Under the pieces are notes generated by a model. That model had not been told where the DNA came from and made no database searches. It saw only the letters and a program-made list of their open reading frames with translations. A DNA stretch of 64,000 nt from Octopus vulgaris. Taxonomy: Eukaryota. Positions 12,091-25,569 of this stretch are shown here, one piece after another. The stretch is taken from contig OX597824.1 of NCBI GenBank assembly GCA_951406725.2, positions 5,704,001 to 5,768,000 of the forward strand. The letters run 5' to 3'. The translations under genes and the position numbers were made by a program. The stretch's first letter is position 1, and every line of letters begins with the position of its first letter.

Positions 12091-15000
12091 ACACACACAC
12101 ACACACAGATGCACACACACAGACACATAGATACACACACACAGATACATAGATACACACACAGACACATAGATATACAGACACACAGACACACTCATAG
12201 CGAACAGAGGATGTAAAAGATTTGAATCTACTTGTATATATTTAGAGCTGAACATCTACATAAAATCACAATAATTCAGAGTCGATACATATGTTTATGT
12301 CTGTAAGATTTGGAATCGATAAGAAGTAAAATGTGAAGTATTTTTCTTATATGCATGAGAAGAAACACAGCATACTTATGCAGCGCCCACTTTGCGGCTT
12401 CCATAATGCATCAGATGTGAGCCGTTGCATATTAATCAGTGCTAAGCTGTGTCGAGCGTCGTTTATCTCCGTGTTGTTTTCATTGAACAAGACACAGAAC
12501 AATTTAGAGCGTATTGACACAAGAATGGTAATGAAAGTGCATTAGCACATTTGCTACACTAACAGATAAAATATCATCTTGCACCGTTTATGTGCGCAAC
12601 GAGTTCAAATCCTACGAAGATCGATATCGTCATACGTCCTTCTGGTGTTGATAAAATAAAGCATTATCATTATAGACTCTATCTTAGCCTTAAAGAAGTG
12701 ACTTTATGCCGGTGTACGAAGTCATTAATTATAGCAATGATTTATGCTGAAACGTTTATGAGCTGTAATAAAATATACAGTATATGTTTCGTTCTTGGAT
12801 TTGGTTTGCAAGATCCTTTATATGAGTTCGTGTGTTGAAGCATAATATGTTGTGTCTGGGGAGAGTCATTTTCTTTTTGTGCCTTAACGTAACACACTCA
12901 CTGGTAAAATTTCCACTTATTTCTTTGTGTTACGTTATAAGGCACGAAAAGAAAATTACTCTCCCCAGAAACAACAAAATATATATGACTTTACCTTCTA
13001 AAAACCTAAAAAGTAGAAATTACCATTTATGAAGAAAAAAAATGACAATGAAAATAAGTTATACTCGAAGTGAAATTTCCAAATATACACCATAGACCTA
13101 TTTTCGCCACACCCGGTTCAATGAGAAACTTAAAAGTTCATAGTAATCATAATATCTCTAATCTTGAAGCAATTTATAAACATCTACAAGTGATGCTTAA
13201 ATATATAACAGAATAATGGCAGTAAATCTCCAACAACACAACCAGGATTCTATTTTCAGTAAATTGGTTACCTGACAGAACTGATATAAACAAATTGACT
13301 TGTTTTATGCTTTAGTTTCCCGTCAAGTATTCATTCAACTTGACTGATACATAACACTACTCTCATTAAAAAAATGCCAATGGAAAACCATCTTGCGATA
13401 CACATTTTCTAATAACCAATGTCATTAAAAACTAAACCAGCGCCGATTACCTTGCTGTATTTTTAGGATAATATGATTTTCATTACGCACATAAGGCTAT
13501 GCATTCCCGAAGGAAATCATAGCTTTGATCGTATGAACCTTAAAATGAAATGGTTGTTGTTTCGTTGCCACCAGAAAGATAACTAGCAAAACAGATGCGA
13601 TTTGAAAGGTCAAAACAAAATGGACGGTAATATGTATTGCTGCAAAACACCCTGATAAGTATTTTATGGTTTTATTGAAGGATTCTAATAGTTACTTAGT
13701 TACTTTATAGGCACAAATCCACGGATTAATTCTGAAATGAGAAATAGCATAAACTTTATTTGTCAGTAGCTGAGGATAAGAAATATCGGCACTTTCATGG
13801 AAACTTATCTCACTTCTTTCGGTTACCTTCCATTAAATGCAGACGATCGTCAGATATTCTCTTCCCCCTTTCAACAGTTTCAAGAGATATTGTTCGATTT
13901 TGTTGCGATTAAGCTACAAAATAGGACATTTTTTTAACACACCTATGATTAAGAGTTTTTCAACTACAGCAATGCTCGTCTATTTTTTATGATACAAAAA
14001 CTAAATTGTCCAGTGTTCTTCATTTTTATGAAGATAGAGTGTAATTTTAGCTATATTTGATTACTATAACCTCGGTCCAGCTAGTGTGTCGAGGCGTCCT
14101 CGGCGATTCTAATTCGTTTTTGTTTCTTAGTATGACGGGCTTAATAAGTTAAAAGTGTTTTCATTTCTAACACAAATAACAAATAGATCTGTAATTCTGT
14201 CAAAATTGTATTGTTTCCTTTTCGGACTCTTAATACACCGAACCCGCTCAGTATTGCACAGTTAATATCAAATAAATGCCATCAAATTAAATTATAGAAA
14301 ACTAAGTTCTACACACAAGCAAATATAACAAAGCAATCTCAGTCTAATGGTAACTTAGTTAAGCGAGTAATAATAACTTTCAATTCAAAACTAATAAATA
14401 TAGTAACGATAGACAATATAAGCCTAGTGATACTTCAAATCGGAAACTGAATATTAATAAAATATGGCCATAATATTTTAGTATTAGGGGTCAAGACTGG
14501 ACACTAGGCAGTAATTATCTGCGAATCTTTGAAAATTTAATTTCTTGTCTAGACGGCAACTATTTCAAATTCAAGACCATTCGATGATTTGCGAAATATT
14601 GTAAAGATTTGATACAGGTTTGCAGTAATAAAACAAATATTTATTACTTTTAGCATTTGAAGTAATTTTATGGTCACTGGCAGAAGTACTGTTGTCAAGC
14701 AAGTTTTTTCTCGTAGATGAGAAAAATTAAATATTATTCTCGTTTTTTTTTCTCTTGTAAATAAGACAATAATATTGAATGTAACATTCCCCAAACTTAA
14801 AGAAATGTAGAAACATATACAACTGATATATGTACAGGAAATGGGAAAATTAGCATAATACTTTTGAATCGTTGATTAGAAGTATTGAAAGAAACAGATG
14901 AAGAGATAACTTACATTATTCTAATATGATTTTGATACAGTTTACTCATTTATGAGAAGAAATTTTAGGTTATACTAATGATAAGTGTAACTAATTTTAT

Positions 15001-15569
15001 ACGCTACACGTAAGCAATATCATACCCATTTCTTTAAAAATATAATTTTCATATCAATATTGTGATATCAGTGGAAATAAGCGCGAGTTACACTTGTGGG
15101 CGGAAGTGGCAAAAGATGGAGAATATGTCTAAGACGGAAATAGGAAAGCGGAGGTGTGACAACAGTGAGTGGAGAGAGAGAGAGAAGGAAGAGAGTGACG
15201 GAGAGAGAGAAAGAAGGAGATAAACAGAAAGAGACAGAGAGGGAGAACGAGAGAGAATGAGAGAGGGTGGGAGTGTGAATAAGAGAAAGAAGAAAAGAAG
15301 AGGATTTTTGAGAAACATGAACGTTGAAAATAACATTTCTATTCAAATATTCATAATGGAAGTTTAAAAAATTTTACTAAAAATTTTGTTTAATGAAATG
15401 AAATGAAACATTGTTTAAAGTTTACGTTTTCTGTAGGCGTAGAAATGGTTAGCTGAAGAAATTCGCCATGCAATAGCAGGATTCCAGGTTTCGTTCTACT
15501 GCGTAGAAATTTCGGTAAGACTTTTGTACTGTAGCGAGTAAAATTGTTACACAGAAATTATGCACAATC

Positions 15570-15573
<4 letters not shown>

Positions 15574-15657
<84 letters not shown>
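15574..15657. repeat. (TA)n microsatellite
   Basis: Seen directly. Confidence 0.95.
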
Positions 15658-15661
<4 letters not shown>

Positions 15662-16508
15662 TATAATTATATATATATTTATTTTTCATTCTATTTGAAT
15701 TTACACTTATCTATGTTTTGGGCTTTAACTGCCCTTTTACTCATGTAAGGTGTCCTGTCAGGGACACTAATTTATATGAAAAACATGTTTTCTATTGACT
15801 TTATGATGCAAGCTGCTACCGGTAGAATATTTCTCTAAATATTCTCCCCTTAATATTTTCATAATCAAATTTGTCGTAATTTTGAAGATTTTCGGCACGC
15901 AATTTTTATTTGCTACTGTTGTAGCTGCGCTTGCGCAGTGGATTTGAAAAACTATAATGTATATAGATGGAAAATGCGTGTCTTCAGTATTCTACAAATA
16001 TACAGAGAAACAATGTTTATATGCTCCACAAATGCAACAGATACTCCTATGAAGGAGTCCATAATTTACAAACCGAAAGTGCTTAACATTCTATAAACAC
16101 CAGCGACCTGTCAACGGGAATCTTAGTCCACACATATAATCCACCTGCTTATGTAATCCATCTGATTAATATATGTATAAGCAATACATCTGTCATTATT
16201 TGTTTCTCTATGTAAACTACAACTTGAAAATTTTAGTTCTCGGTGAATTTTTCTATTTTTCTATTTCCAGGTTTGATTATCGATAGTTAGCAACGTTACT
16301 TACTTTCGAAAGGAGTTGTATAGCCCAAGACATTCTAATAGAATTTACAGTCTAATGTCGATACGGGACGAACTGTATTTGATGCATTGGTTAATAAATT
16401 TTGTTGATCAATTATCAAGTCATTTGTATTTTCTATACACGCCTATATGGAGCTTCATATAATTAACAAAGTGCATTTTAACAGAATCATTCAACTGATT
16501 GCCAAGAG

Positions 16509-16579
<71 letters not shown>

Positions 16580-16651
16580 TCATAATTATATATACCTACG
16601 TCTATAGAAATACATATATGTATGTGTGCATATATATATATGTATACATAT

Positions 16652-16966
16652 AGGTAAAGACCCCCTTCGGTTATGAATGGCCGTGGGACTTAACCAGGAA
16701 AGTTCCCTACGAGGCACAAGTCCGGGCAAGGTTGTTTATGGAAGACCAACACTCGCCCATGCACGCCCGTGCCATCGAATAAGGGAAATACAGAGGCCAC
16801 TACAGCTTGGCGACAGTGACGTCGCAGCTCATTTTTACGACTAAGTGAAATGTAGCAGCATGAAATAAAGTGTCTTGCTCAAGATCACAACACACAGTCA
16901 GGTTCCGGAATCGAACTCACTATCTCATGATTGTGAGCCCGATGCTCTAGTCACTGAGCCATGCGC
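16652..16966 (-). mobile_element. tRNA-derived SINE, family S3
   Basis: Reverse complement of 29403-29747 (gcgcatggctcagtg...gagttcgattccgg...ccgaagggggtctttacc). Confidence 0.85.
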
Positions 16967-17019
16967 AGTGAGAGAGAGAAAAAGAAGGGGAGAGAAATTT
17001 ATGGATAGATAGGATAGAG

Positions 17020-17035
17020 AGATAGATAGATTGAC

Positions 17036-17118
<83 letters not shown>

Positions 17119-17132
17119 CAGATGGATAGATG

Positions 17133-17204
<72 letters not shown>
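17020..17204. repeat. (GATA)n microsatellite
   Basis: Seen directly. Confidence 0.95.
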
Positions 17205-17711
17205 TCCACAAGTATATATATACATATATACACATATATTTTGACTGTCTTCAGTACACATATTACTTCAACTTTTTAAGTACTCTCAGTGTTATATATT
17301 ATTCATATCCAGAAACTCCATTAGTTTAAGATTTGAAGTATCATTTATGTTATATTGGCTTTCTTTACAAAGATTATAAACATTGCATTGAAAAGTCATT
17401 ATTAACCAAATTGCTATTAACTGACCTTGCGTTTTCTTATATTTGCTCCTGCACATAATTCACTTTTAATTCTGTATAATGTAATTTGTGTGAGTTAATT
17501 TGATATTAATTATCTAAAAATGTTTCAGTAGATTATGTTAAATATGAAGTAGGCCAAAGTGCGTGCACACTGTCAATGATTCATATTGAAACGTATGTCA
17601 AAAATATATTCCTCACGACCATCACCGCCGCGATTGGCATCTTGTTGGCTGGTCAGTGATATCAGTCGCTTTCTTTTTTTTTTTTTTCACATGTTTCGGT
17701 CTTCGGACCGC

Positions 17712-17798
17712 AGCCATGCTGGAGCCATGTTGGAGCCATGCTGGAGCCATGTTGGAGCCATGCTGGAGCCATGTTGGAGCCATGCTGGAGCCGTGCTG
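17712..17798. repeat. 11-bp tandem repeat agccatgYtgg, about 8 units with alternating C/T
   Basis: Seen directly; the unit matches the S1 SINE tail motif gccatgctggagc. Confidence 0.9.
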
Positions 17799-17844
17799 AA
17801 AGATATACCTTAGGAATGAGAACCCAGGTTTGAAATTCCCCCAA

Positions 17845-17890
17845 GACACCTGATGAAGGCTGGAGGGTATATCAGCCGAAACGTTGTGTT
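17845..17890 (+). ncRNA. Minimal type-I hammerhead ribozyme motif in a short dispersed repeat (~17800-17975)
   Basis: gacac CTGATGA a ggctg-gagggtatat-cagcc GAAA cg TT gtgtt: stem I, intact core, 5-bp stem II, palindromic AACGTT stem III. Confidence 0.8.
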
Positions 17891-18059
17891 AACAACAAAA
17901 AGATGAGGACAAATATCCGTCAAATGTAAATAATGTAAATAATGTAAATAATTCCTCATCTCTTAAATATAGAACAGCATAGGAGAAGATTGGGCAACCA
18001 AAATAATATACTTCACCTGATATTCTGCACTGAATCTTTTATACCTGTTTGTATATAAG

Positions 18060-18424
18060 CACTAGCATAAATCTATGATTAAGAACGTTGCTTTGCAACT
18101 TTGTGGTTTCGGGTTCAGTCCGATTGCATAACTCCTTGGGCAAGTGTCTTCTTGGGTCGAACAATACGGTGCGATTGAATTTTTCCGTAGAAGTAAACTG
18201 TGGAAGACTCAGGTACATACGTGTATGTGTGTGAATATGTTTGTGTCTAAATATGAACCCCAACTGGTTGTTTATGTTCTCATAATTTAGCAGTTTGACC
18301 AAACAGATAGAATTAGTACCATACTTTAAAAAGCGCGAGTGGATTTTTTTTCGACTAAAACCTTTGAAGGCTGTGCCACAACATGGCCGCAGTCCAATAG
18401 CTGAAACAAGGAAAAAATAAAAGA
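18060..18424 (+). mobile_element. SINE family S1, old degraded copy
   Basis: gggttcagtcc...ttgggcaagtgtcttc...catggccgcagtcc...ctgaaacaag. Confidence 0.7.
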
Positions 18425-18445
18425 TATGTTTTAGTGGTATCTTAC

Positions 18446-18660
18446 AAGGAGATTTTGATCCTCTGTCGCAATCGGGAATATTTCCGCCTCAGGTTTTCAC
18501 CACCGAGTTGAGAATTTTCTCTCCGTTTTTCCATTCTATTGAGTTTGTCGAGATGTTTATGCCCCTTTATAATCATGGCTTGTGCGTAACACATTTGCAT
18601 TCCCATTGGTTGATATTTTGGGCGATAGGATGATTGAATCGTTTTCAGCTGGAAATCAGA
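18446..18660 (-). CDS. Candidate exon; ATG at 18606 may start the CDS of an unrecognised gene
   Basis: Strong acceptor tttttttctgcag| and donor |gtaaga; one open frame; all ATGs in frame (MGMQMCYAQAMIIKGHKHLDKLNRMEKRRENSQLGGENLRRKYSRLRQRIKISL). Confidence 0.45.
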
Positions 18661-18977
18661 CTGCAGAAAAAAATTGTCCAATGCTTTAATTACGTCAGAT
18701 AAAGATCAATAATTGTCGAACTAAAACAGTGTATTAGTCACACAGCTACAATTCGGCCATTTCGAACATATCCGTTTAGCAGTTTATTTATCCATAAACT
18801 CAACCGGTCATGTCATTACACGTTGTAGCCATAAGCCGGTTAGTTCATCCAGTTGTAATACATTAATTACATGAGATAAAACTAAATAAACCATAAAATA
18901 AATCGGTGTAATACATACATGTTCATCCTTGCACCTTTTCGTTACTGTCGTTACTTTTTCGCTGACTTCATTAGTAT

Positions 18978-19382
18978 ACTCTTTTACTCTTTTACTTGTT
19001 TCAGTCATTTGACTGCGGCCATGCTGGAGCACCGCCTTTAGTCGAGCAAATCGACCCCGGGACTTATTCTTTTTGTAAGCCCAGTACTTATTCTATCGGT
19101 CTCTTTTTGCCGAACTGCTAAGTGACGGGGACGTAAACACACCAGCATCGGTTGTCAAGCAAAAATGCTAGGGGAACAAACACAGACACACAAACACACA
19201 CACATACATATATATATACGACAGGCTTCTTTCAGTTTCCGTCTACCAAATCCACTCACAAGGCATTGGTCGGCCCGGGGCTTATAGCTGAAGACACTTG
19301 CCCAAGATGCCACGCAGTGGGACTGAACCCGGAACCATGTGGTTGGTTAGCAAGCTACTTACCACACAGCCACTCCTGCGCC
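18978..19382 (-). mobile_element. SINE family S1, full length
   Basis: Reverse complement nearly identical to 3089-3507. Confidence 0.9.
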
Positions 19383-19647
19383 TATATTTACATTTACAGT
19401 AAGTTGCCTCTGACCCTTTCGTTCGATTGTTGACAAGTAATACACGAAAGCCTTGCAGTACAAACATAAAATCAATAAATTTCAAACTCAAACAACGCAG
19501 TATTTATGTAGTTGCTCTCCAGCATTTTTATCACTTCTTGGCGTTTACAGTTCGTTAATATTTTATATTTATAACCGTCAGAGGCGTGGCTGATATTTTT
19601 GTTTCATTTTCTGCTCAATCTTTATCTTTTCTCATTTTTAACTCTCC

Positions 19648-19738
19648 TTCTTCTTCTTCTTCTTCTTCTTCTTCTTCTTCTTCTTCTTCTTCTTCTTCTT
19701 CTTCTTCTTCTTCTTCTTCTTCTTCTTCTTCTTCTTCT

Positions 19739-19785
<47 letters not shown>

Positions 19786-20000
19786 TTCTTCTTTTTCTTC
19801 TTCTTCTTCTTCTTCTTCTTCTTCTTCTTCTTCTTCTTCCTCTTGTTGTTGTTGTTGTTGTTGTTCTTCTTCTTCTTCTTCTTCTCCTCCTCCTCCTCTT
19901 GTTGTTGTTGTTGTTTTTTTTCTTCTTCGTCTTCTTCTTCTTCTTCGTTTTCTTCTTCTTCTTCTTCTTCTTCTTCTTCTTCTTCTTCTACTTCTTCTTC
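19648..20000. repeat. (TTC)n array with (TTG)n and (CTC)n patches
   Basis: Seen directly. Confidence 0.95.
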
Positions 20001-20158
20001 AGTAGTTTTATTTTTTATAACGTGCTTTAACTGCACTAACGAGCGCAGCTCTGTGTGCCTTGGGTATGTGCTGTGGTTTGCTGTGATGCTGATCTTATGG
20101 GTACTGTATTCAAAGTGTTTTACGTAGGATGTGTGCTGTTCCCAGTAGTGCAATTTTG
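20001..20158 (-). mobile_element. R4/Dong-like 3' end, family B
   Basis: Homologous to 63750-63900 (+) and 43238-43446 (-); terminus ...ataaaactact. Confidence 0.8.
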
Positions 20159-20159
20159 A

Positions 20160-21480
20160 GATAAAATTTGAGATTACATAGTATTTTACCTAGGATATGG
20201 GCAGTTCCTAAGAGCACTCTTGGTGCTTCCTGGCATCTGAGCTAGTTAGCAAACAGCCCCTTTTGCTAGCATTAATAGGTCACCTACGACAACAGGTATT
20301 GTTTTAGTCTTCAGATTCCACATTTTGCTAATTTCTATTTCAAGATCTTTATACTTGCTCAGTTTTTGGTAGGTCTTGACAGATACGTTTATATCGATTG
20401 GGACAGTCATATCAATGAGGAGGCATGATTTTTGTCTAAAGTCTTTCAATATAATATCTGGCCTATTTGCATCTATCATTTGATGGCTTGAATGGTGAAG
20501 TTCGATGTGAAAATTTTCAAGCACTGGAGGTGGTTTGTTTTCCCACCATTTTTATCATAGAGCAGGTCCAGGTTTTTGCAAATTACCCAGTGAATCTATT
20601 GTGTAGTTTCATCATGCTTGTTGAGATATTCTGTTGGCGCAAGAAGACTGCACTTGGAGGCAACATGATCAATGGTTTCATTTTGTTGTTGACATACACG
20701 ACATATTGGGAAGCTGCCATTCTTTAATATGTTGGCCTGGTAGTTCCTTGTAGGTAGGCATTGATCTGGAGCTGCTATGATAAAGCCTTCTGATCCTGAT
20801 TTTAAGCCACAAGTCATTAACTATTGATGAGTAAGGGCTTTGTCAACATCGGCATTATTAGCTCTCTTTGGGTATTTGCCATAGAGATGTTTTTCTTGCC
20901 ATTTATAAGTCAGAATATCTAAGGCAGCAATTTTAGCACGGGTTTTCATTCGCTTAGCTTTTTCTGCGCTTGCTTCTCGTATGTCTAATTCCGAAATTTG
21001 TTGTATTTGGAATTCACTTAGATATTCCTATGCCTGTTTTGTTACAGAGTATGAGACTTTCTTGTTTTCATCTTTTGTGACAAGATTTAACATCCAGTCC
21101 TCAGAGTTTTTCAGGTAGGTGTCTAGGCCCAGTGTGGCAATATTCATTGTTAATTCCACTTGTAGAAGTCCACGGCCTCCCACTTTTCTTGGCAGATAAA
21201 GTTCTTCTATATCTGCCTTAGGGTGGTGTATTCTATGCATTGTCAACGGTTTTCGTATTTTTCTGTCAAGATTACATATTTCAGTAATTGACCAGTTAAT
21301 AATATTGAAACTGTAAGTCACGACTAGTGTGGCTAAATCATTGATCGCTTCGAGGCTGTTTCTCGCATTCAGCTCTGTCTTGAGTATTGCTCTCACCCTG
21401 AGATAACATTCTCTTCTGATCCTTTCCCTCATCACTGAATGTTTGATACCCTTCCCTTCAAATACCCTAGATATTTTATA
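20160..21480 (-). mobile_element. R4/Dong-like retrotransposon, family A: RT thumb, CCHC zinc knuckle and REL endonuclease, pseudogenised and 5'-truncated
   Basis: KYLG...RVRAILKTELNARN...HHPKADIEELYLPRKVGGRGL; GLKSGSEGFIIAAPDQCLPTRNY; CRVCQQQNETIDHVASKC; ANRPDIILKD...LLIDMTVP...KLSKYKDLEIEISKMW. Confidence 0.92.
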
Positions 21481-21494
21481 TTATTATTATTATC

Positions 21495-21563
<69 letters not shown>

Positions 21564-21568
21564 TATTA

Positions 21569-21614
<46 letters not shown>

Positions 21615-21743
21615 CATTATTATTATTATTATCATCATCATCATCATTATTATTATTATCTTTATTATCATTATTATTATTATTATTATTATTATTAATA
21701 TTATTATTACTACTATTATTATTATTACTATTATTATTATTAT

Positions 21744-21776
<33 letters not shown>

Positions 21777-21781
21777 CACTA

Positions 21782-21856
<75 letters not shown>

Positions 21857-21935
21857 CATTAGTACTGCTACTACCACTACTATTGTTATCATTATCATTA
21901 TTATTATTGTTGTTGTTGATGATGATGATGATGTT

Positions 21936-21967
<32 letters not shown>

Positions 21968-21987
21968 AATCATCAATATCATTATTA
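21481..21987. repeat. Compound (TAA)/(TTA)/(CTA)/(TCA) microsatellite
   Basis: Seen directly. Confidence 0.95.
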
Positions 21988-22144
21988 TAACGAACAGAAG
22001 TGTTTCTGTTGCTGTCAACTTTGATTTGTCTTAGAGGACATTAAAAAACTGATTTATTTCCAGTTCTATGTAAAAATAAGTCATTTAGCTAGGTGTTGGC
22101 ACCCATTCTTGATGCCTGAAGCAAAAAAAATGCATTATGACATT

Positions 22145-22182
22145 TATCATTATTATTATTATTACTATTATTGTTCTTGTTG

Positions 22183-22243
<61 letters not shown>

Positions 22244-22416
22244 TATTGTTCTTGTTGTTATTATTATTATTATCATTATTATTATTATTACTATTATTGT
22301 TCTTGTTGTTATTATTATTATTATTATTATTATCATTATTATTATTATTACTACTATTGTTCTTGTTGTTATTATTATTATTATCATTATTATTATTATT
22401 ACTATTATTGTTCTTG

Positions 22417-22452
<36 letters not shown>
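22145..22452. repeat. (TTA)n array with higher-order unit actattattgttcttgttgtt repeated about 5 times
   Basis: Seen directly. Confidence 0.9.
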
Positions 22453-22871
22453 TGAGTAGAGGTGTCTTTGCCGCTTTCAACTTTGATTTACCTTCCAGGA
22501 GTTGATAGCGAATTTTTCCCCAGTTTTATGTGAAAATAAACCATTTAGCTTGGTGTTGACATCTGTTCGCGATATCTGAGAGAAAAATAAACTTTTGCTT
22601 TTGCAGCCATTATATACATATATATTTTATCTTTCCCGTTCTTACATTTTCAATTAAAAATGGCCATCAGACAACACCGATACGTCCTTCATAAGATAAA
22701 TCATATCACAATGAGTACACGAAACAAACGAGAAAACAGAAACGTGAAAATTTTCACGAGAACGTAAACATTTGCAGCACAAAGAAAACGGTAAAATTTT
22801 AAGAAAATAATGTTCAAACAGTTCAATAGAACACGGAAACACCACAGTAAATTAAAAACTATCATACTCAC

Positions 22872-22917
22872 GCGGGCAAGCAAGAGTGACAGAATATATC
22901 GAATTTAACAGCAATTC
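22872..22917 (-). other. Candidate non-coding (5'UTR) exon
   Basis: Acceptor tggtttctgtag| and donor |gtgagt; an upstream donor |gtaagt at 23092 would give a 175-nt intron. Confidence 0.3.
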
Positions 22918-23349
22918 CTACAGAAACCAGGTTTGCCTCTGTTATTGTTAAACTAGCGGTATTAAACGAGGCTAGATTGCCAAATGAAATACCTGCGTTG
23001 CAGAATTTTGTAATGCTTATTAGCGCAGCTTTAACTTGGTCTTCATACAAACGAAGGCAACAAAAACTAATATATATATATATAATACTTACTTCGAAAT
23101 GGATGCGTGGCGTTCAATCATATAATAATATAAATAATATATAAATATATATGCATACATACATGCATATCTGTAATACATATATATGTATATACACATG
23201 CATATATAGGCACATGAGACCACAGAACTTAGGCAATATGTATTACGGAAACAATATGAAATACAAAAACCTAGAATACGAACTTTTTGCGAACAACGAA
23301 AGAAACAAATGCAAAACAAGACAAGCAGCCTAAAAAACCCACCCTTCAT

Positions 23350-23580
23350 CAGTTGCCGGCTGTTTTTCTATTTCGTATTTCGAGCAATTCACCGCAAGAT
23401 ACGTTTTCGACAAAAAGGTTGCTCCCGAAAAGCAAATTAAGTAAAATTGGTCAAAACAAAGGTAGAAGGGGAAGGAGGGATAAACTCTACACCTCAGGCT
23501 GAGCGGTGATTCGGCTTTACCCAGCGGACAAAATGGCGATGGCATTGCGATGGAGAATGGAAAGAGACACCCGCTGTTGT
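23350..23580. promoter_or_regulatory. Promoter-like CpG-enriched unique segment
   Basis: Local CpG enrichment and YY1-like aaaatggcg (~23530); upstream of the candidate minus-strand exons. Confidence 0.25.
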
Positions 23581-25003
23581 TGGTTATTTTAATTTTTTTG
23601 CCTGTTTTGTAGGAATTGGCTTTTGTAATTTTGTTAGATGTTTGAGTTTCGTATGTGTTGTATGATTTCGTGTGGCAAAACAAAAGTGATGTGGAACAAT
23701 AGTTTTATAGATACTCTCCATAATATAAAAAAATCAGACACCCAAACGTTAATTACCAGAAGGACTCTGAAACTAGTAGTAGAAGGCCCACACTAAATGT
23801 TACTGACGACTCTTACTGTAGCGTTACGTGTTTTTTATAATGCATAAAACCAATTGATTTATTTGTGTGTGTGTGTATTGTTTGTGTTTGAAAATAGCAT
23901 ATATTTGAAATGCAAACACATATTTAAAAACAACATACATTGGAAAACAGTAAGATAAAACAAGAATGGATACAATTTAAATCTATGAAATGCCAACAAA
24001 AAGTTAAATGGATTTATCCAGCATGGAAGAAGTAGGGCGGAGGTAAGTCAATGAAAAATGAATCTTCTAAGAATTGGTCTACAATAGTTGTTCTGACCTT
24101 TCACTAAATAAATTCAGAAAACAAACAGTAATTGCTTGTTTGTTATACAATATTGGTAAAAGGCAAACTGTATATATTGCGACATTTGAGTTGGATCGGT
24201 TTATAAATTTGAAAACCAGCTGCAGTCCGAAAAGGGGAAGGTTTTGAAATGTCTGCCTGAGGTACAAATAGTAACGAAGTAGTTATCTGTGATTTCTGCT
24301 GACTCAGATCGTTTTCTGAACTTGGAAAATCCTGTGACCTTTTTTTCCGACGGATAGACTGACCAATCTAGATTTTTTTTTGTGTATGTTGAGAGGTTTC
24401 TAAAAGAAGCTGATCAAAACGGTAAATGCAAACATTCGCTGATAAGAGTTTGTTAGAGAAATCCTTGACCAGTTTTGATTCGTGAGGAAAATGATAAAAA
24501 GTATCGATGATGTAGTTAACGGGAAAAAAGTCAAACCGGACATGGGTATGGCTCGGACACTGTCAACAGACTGGAATTTTTCTCATAGCTGCGATTGTAA
24601 GCAATTTCACACAAGCTTCAACAATAGAAAGGGGCTTTTTACCGGTCAGCTGGGTGTTGGTTGTTACGCACACCTCAACCCGACCTCGGTGTAGCACCCA
24701 CCAAAAACGGTGCGGGTGTAAACCTCGTAAAACGCTACAGAATTGCATTAATGCCAGTTGAATTAAGAGACCCAAGAAAGGTATTCTTTTACGTGTTCTT
24801 CTGAAAAAAGCAACGGTTCAAGTTTCCGTTTAGCCACCGGATGAGTGAAAACGGATCAGCACCACAATTGAACAGCTGATCACTCATTGCTTTTTGTTCA
24901 CAATGCCGAAGTTAATCATAATTGTTAATACCTCTGGTAACATCAGTGACAAGACATTTCCTGGAGCTGCTACAAGGAATAAACAATTTCAAAATAAAAT
25001 GTA

Positions 25004-25569
25004 TTGGGTTGTACGGAAAGTTCGTGCCGATCTATAGTAGCTTAACTTTCGACTTATTTTAGAACATGGTTGAGTCCATAAAACAGGATTTGACTACACC
25101 TCCATTTAGGGCACAGTTTAAGTTATCTTTTCGTGGAAGAAGGTTTATGTTCCTATAACCTGTGTTAATTCTGTAACCCTTTAAAATGGAAGATAAGAAA
25201 GTTCATTTTCGGCACTTGATGCTTTGAGAACCAGACAAAAATTGCTGCAGCTCGGCTGGGATGTGTTACCCAACCCTCCATATTGACCAAATATTGCTCC
25301 TTTGGATTTCCACTTATTCAGGTCTCTGCAGAATAGTCTTAAAGGTAAACATTTCAATTCCTTGGATGACGTAAAAAGATATCTTGATGAATTCTTTGCC
25401 ATGAAACCACCTCAATTCTGGGAAGAGGGTATTTTCAAGTTAAAGGAAAGATGGAGACGCATTTTGCAACAAAATGGTTCATATTTGGTTGATTAAAAAT
25501 ATAATGGCAAGTATTTATTGATCTAATTCTTTCCTTTAAAAATCGGCACGATCTTTCCGGACAACCCAA
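25004..25569 (+). mobile_element. Internally deleted mariner element
   Basis: TIRs ttgggttgtacggaaagttcgtgccgat / atcggcacgatctttccggacaacccaa with TA flanks; MEDKKVHFRHLML joined to LGWDVLPNPPY*PNIAPLDFHLFRSLQNSL...FWEEGIFKLKERWRRILQQNGSY. Confidence 0.92.

Noticed and set aside
17712-17798. CRISPR-like array
   Set aside because: No spacers, 11-bp unit, eukaryotic context, no cas genes
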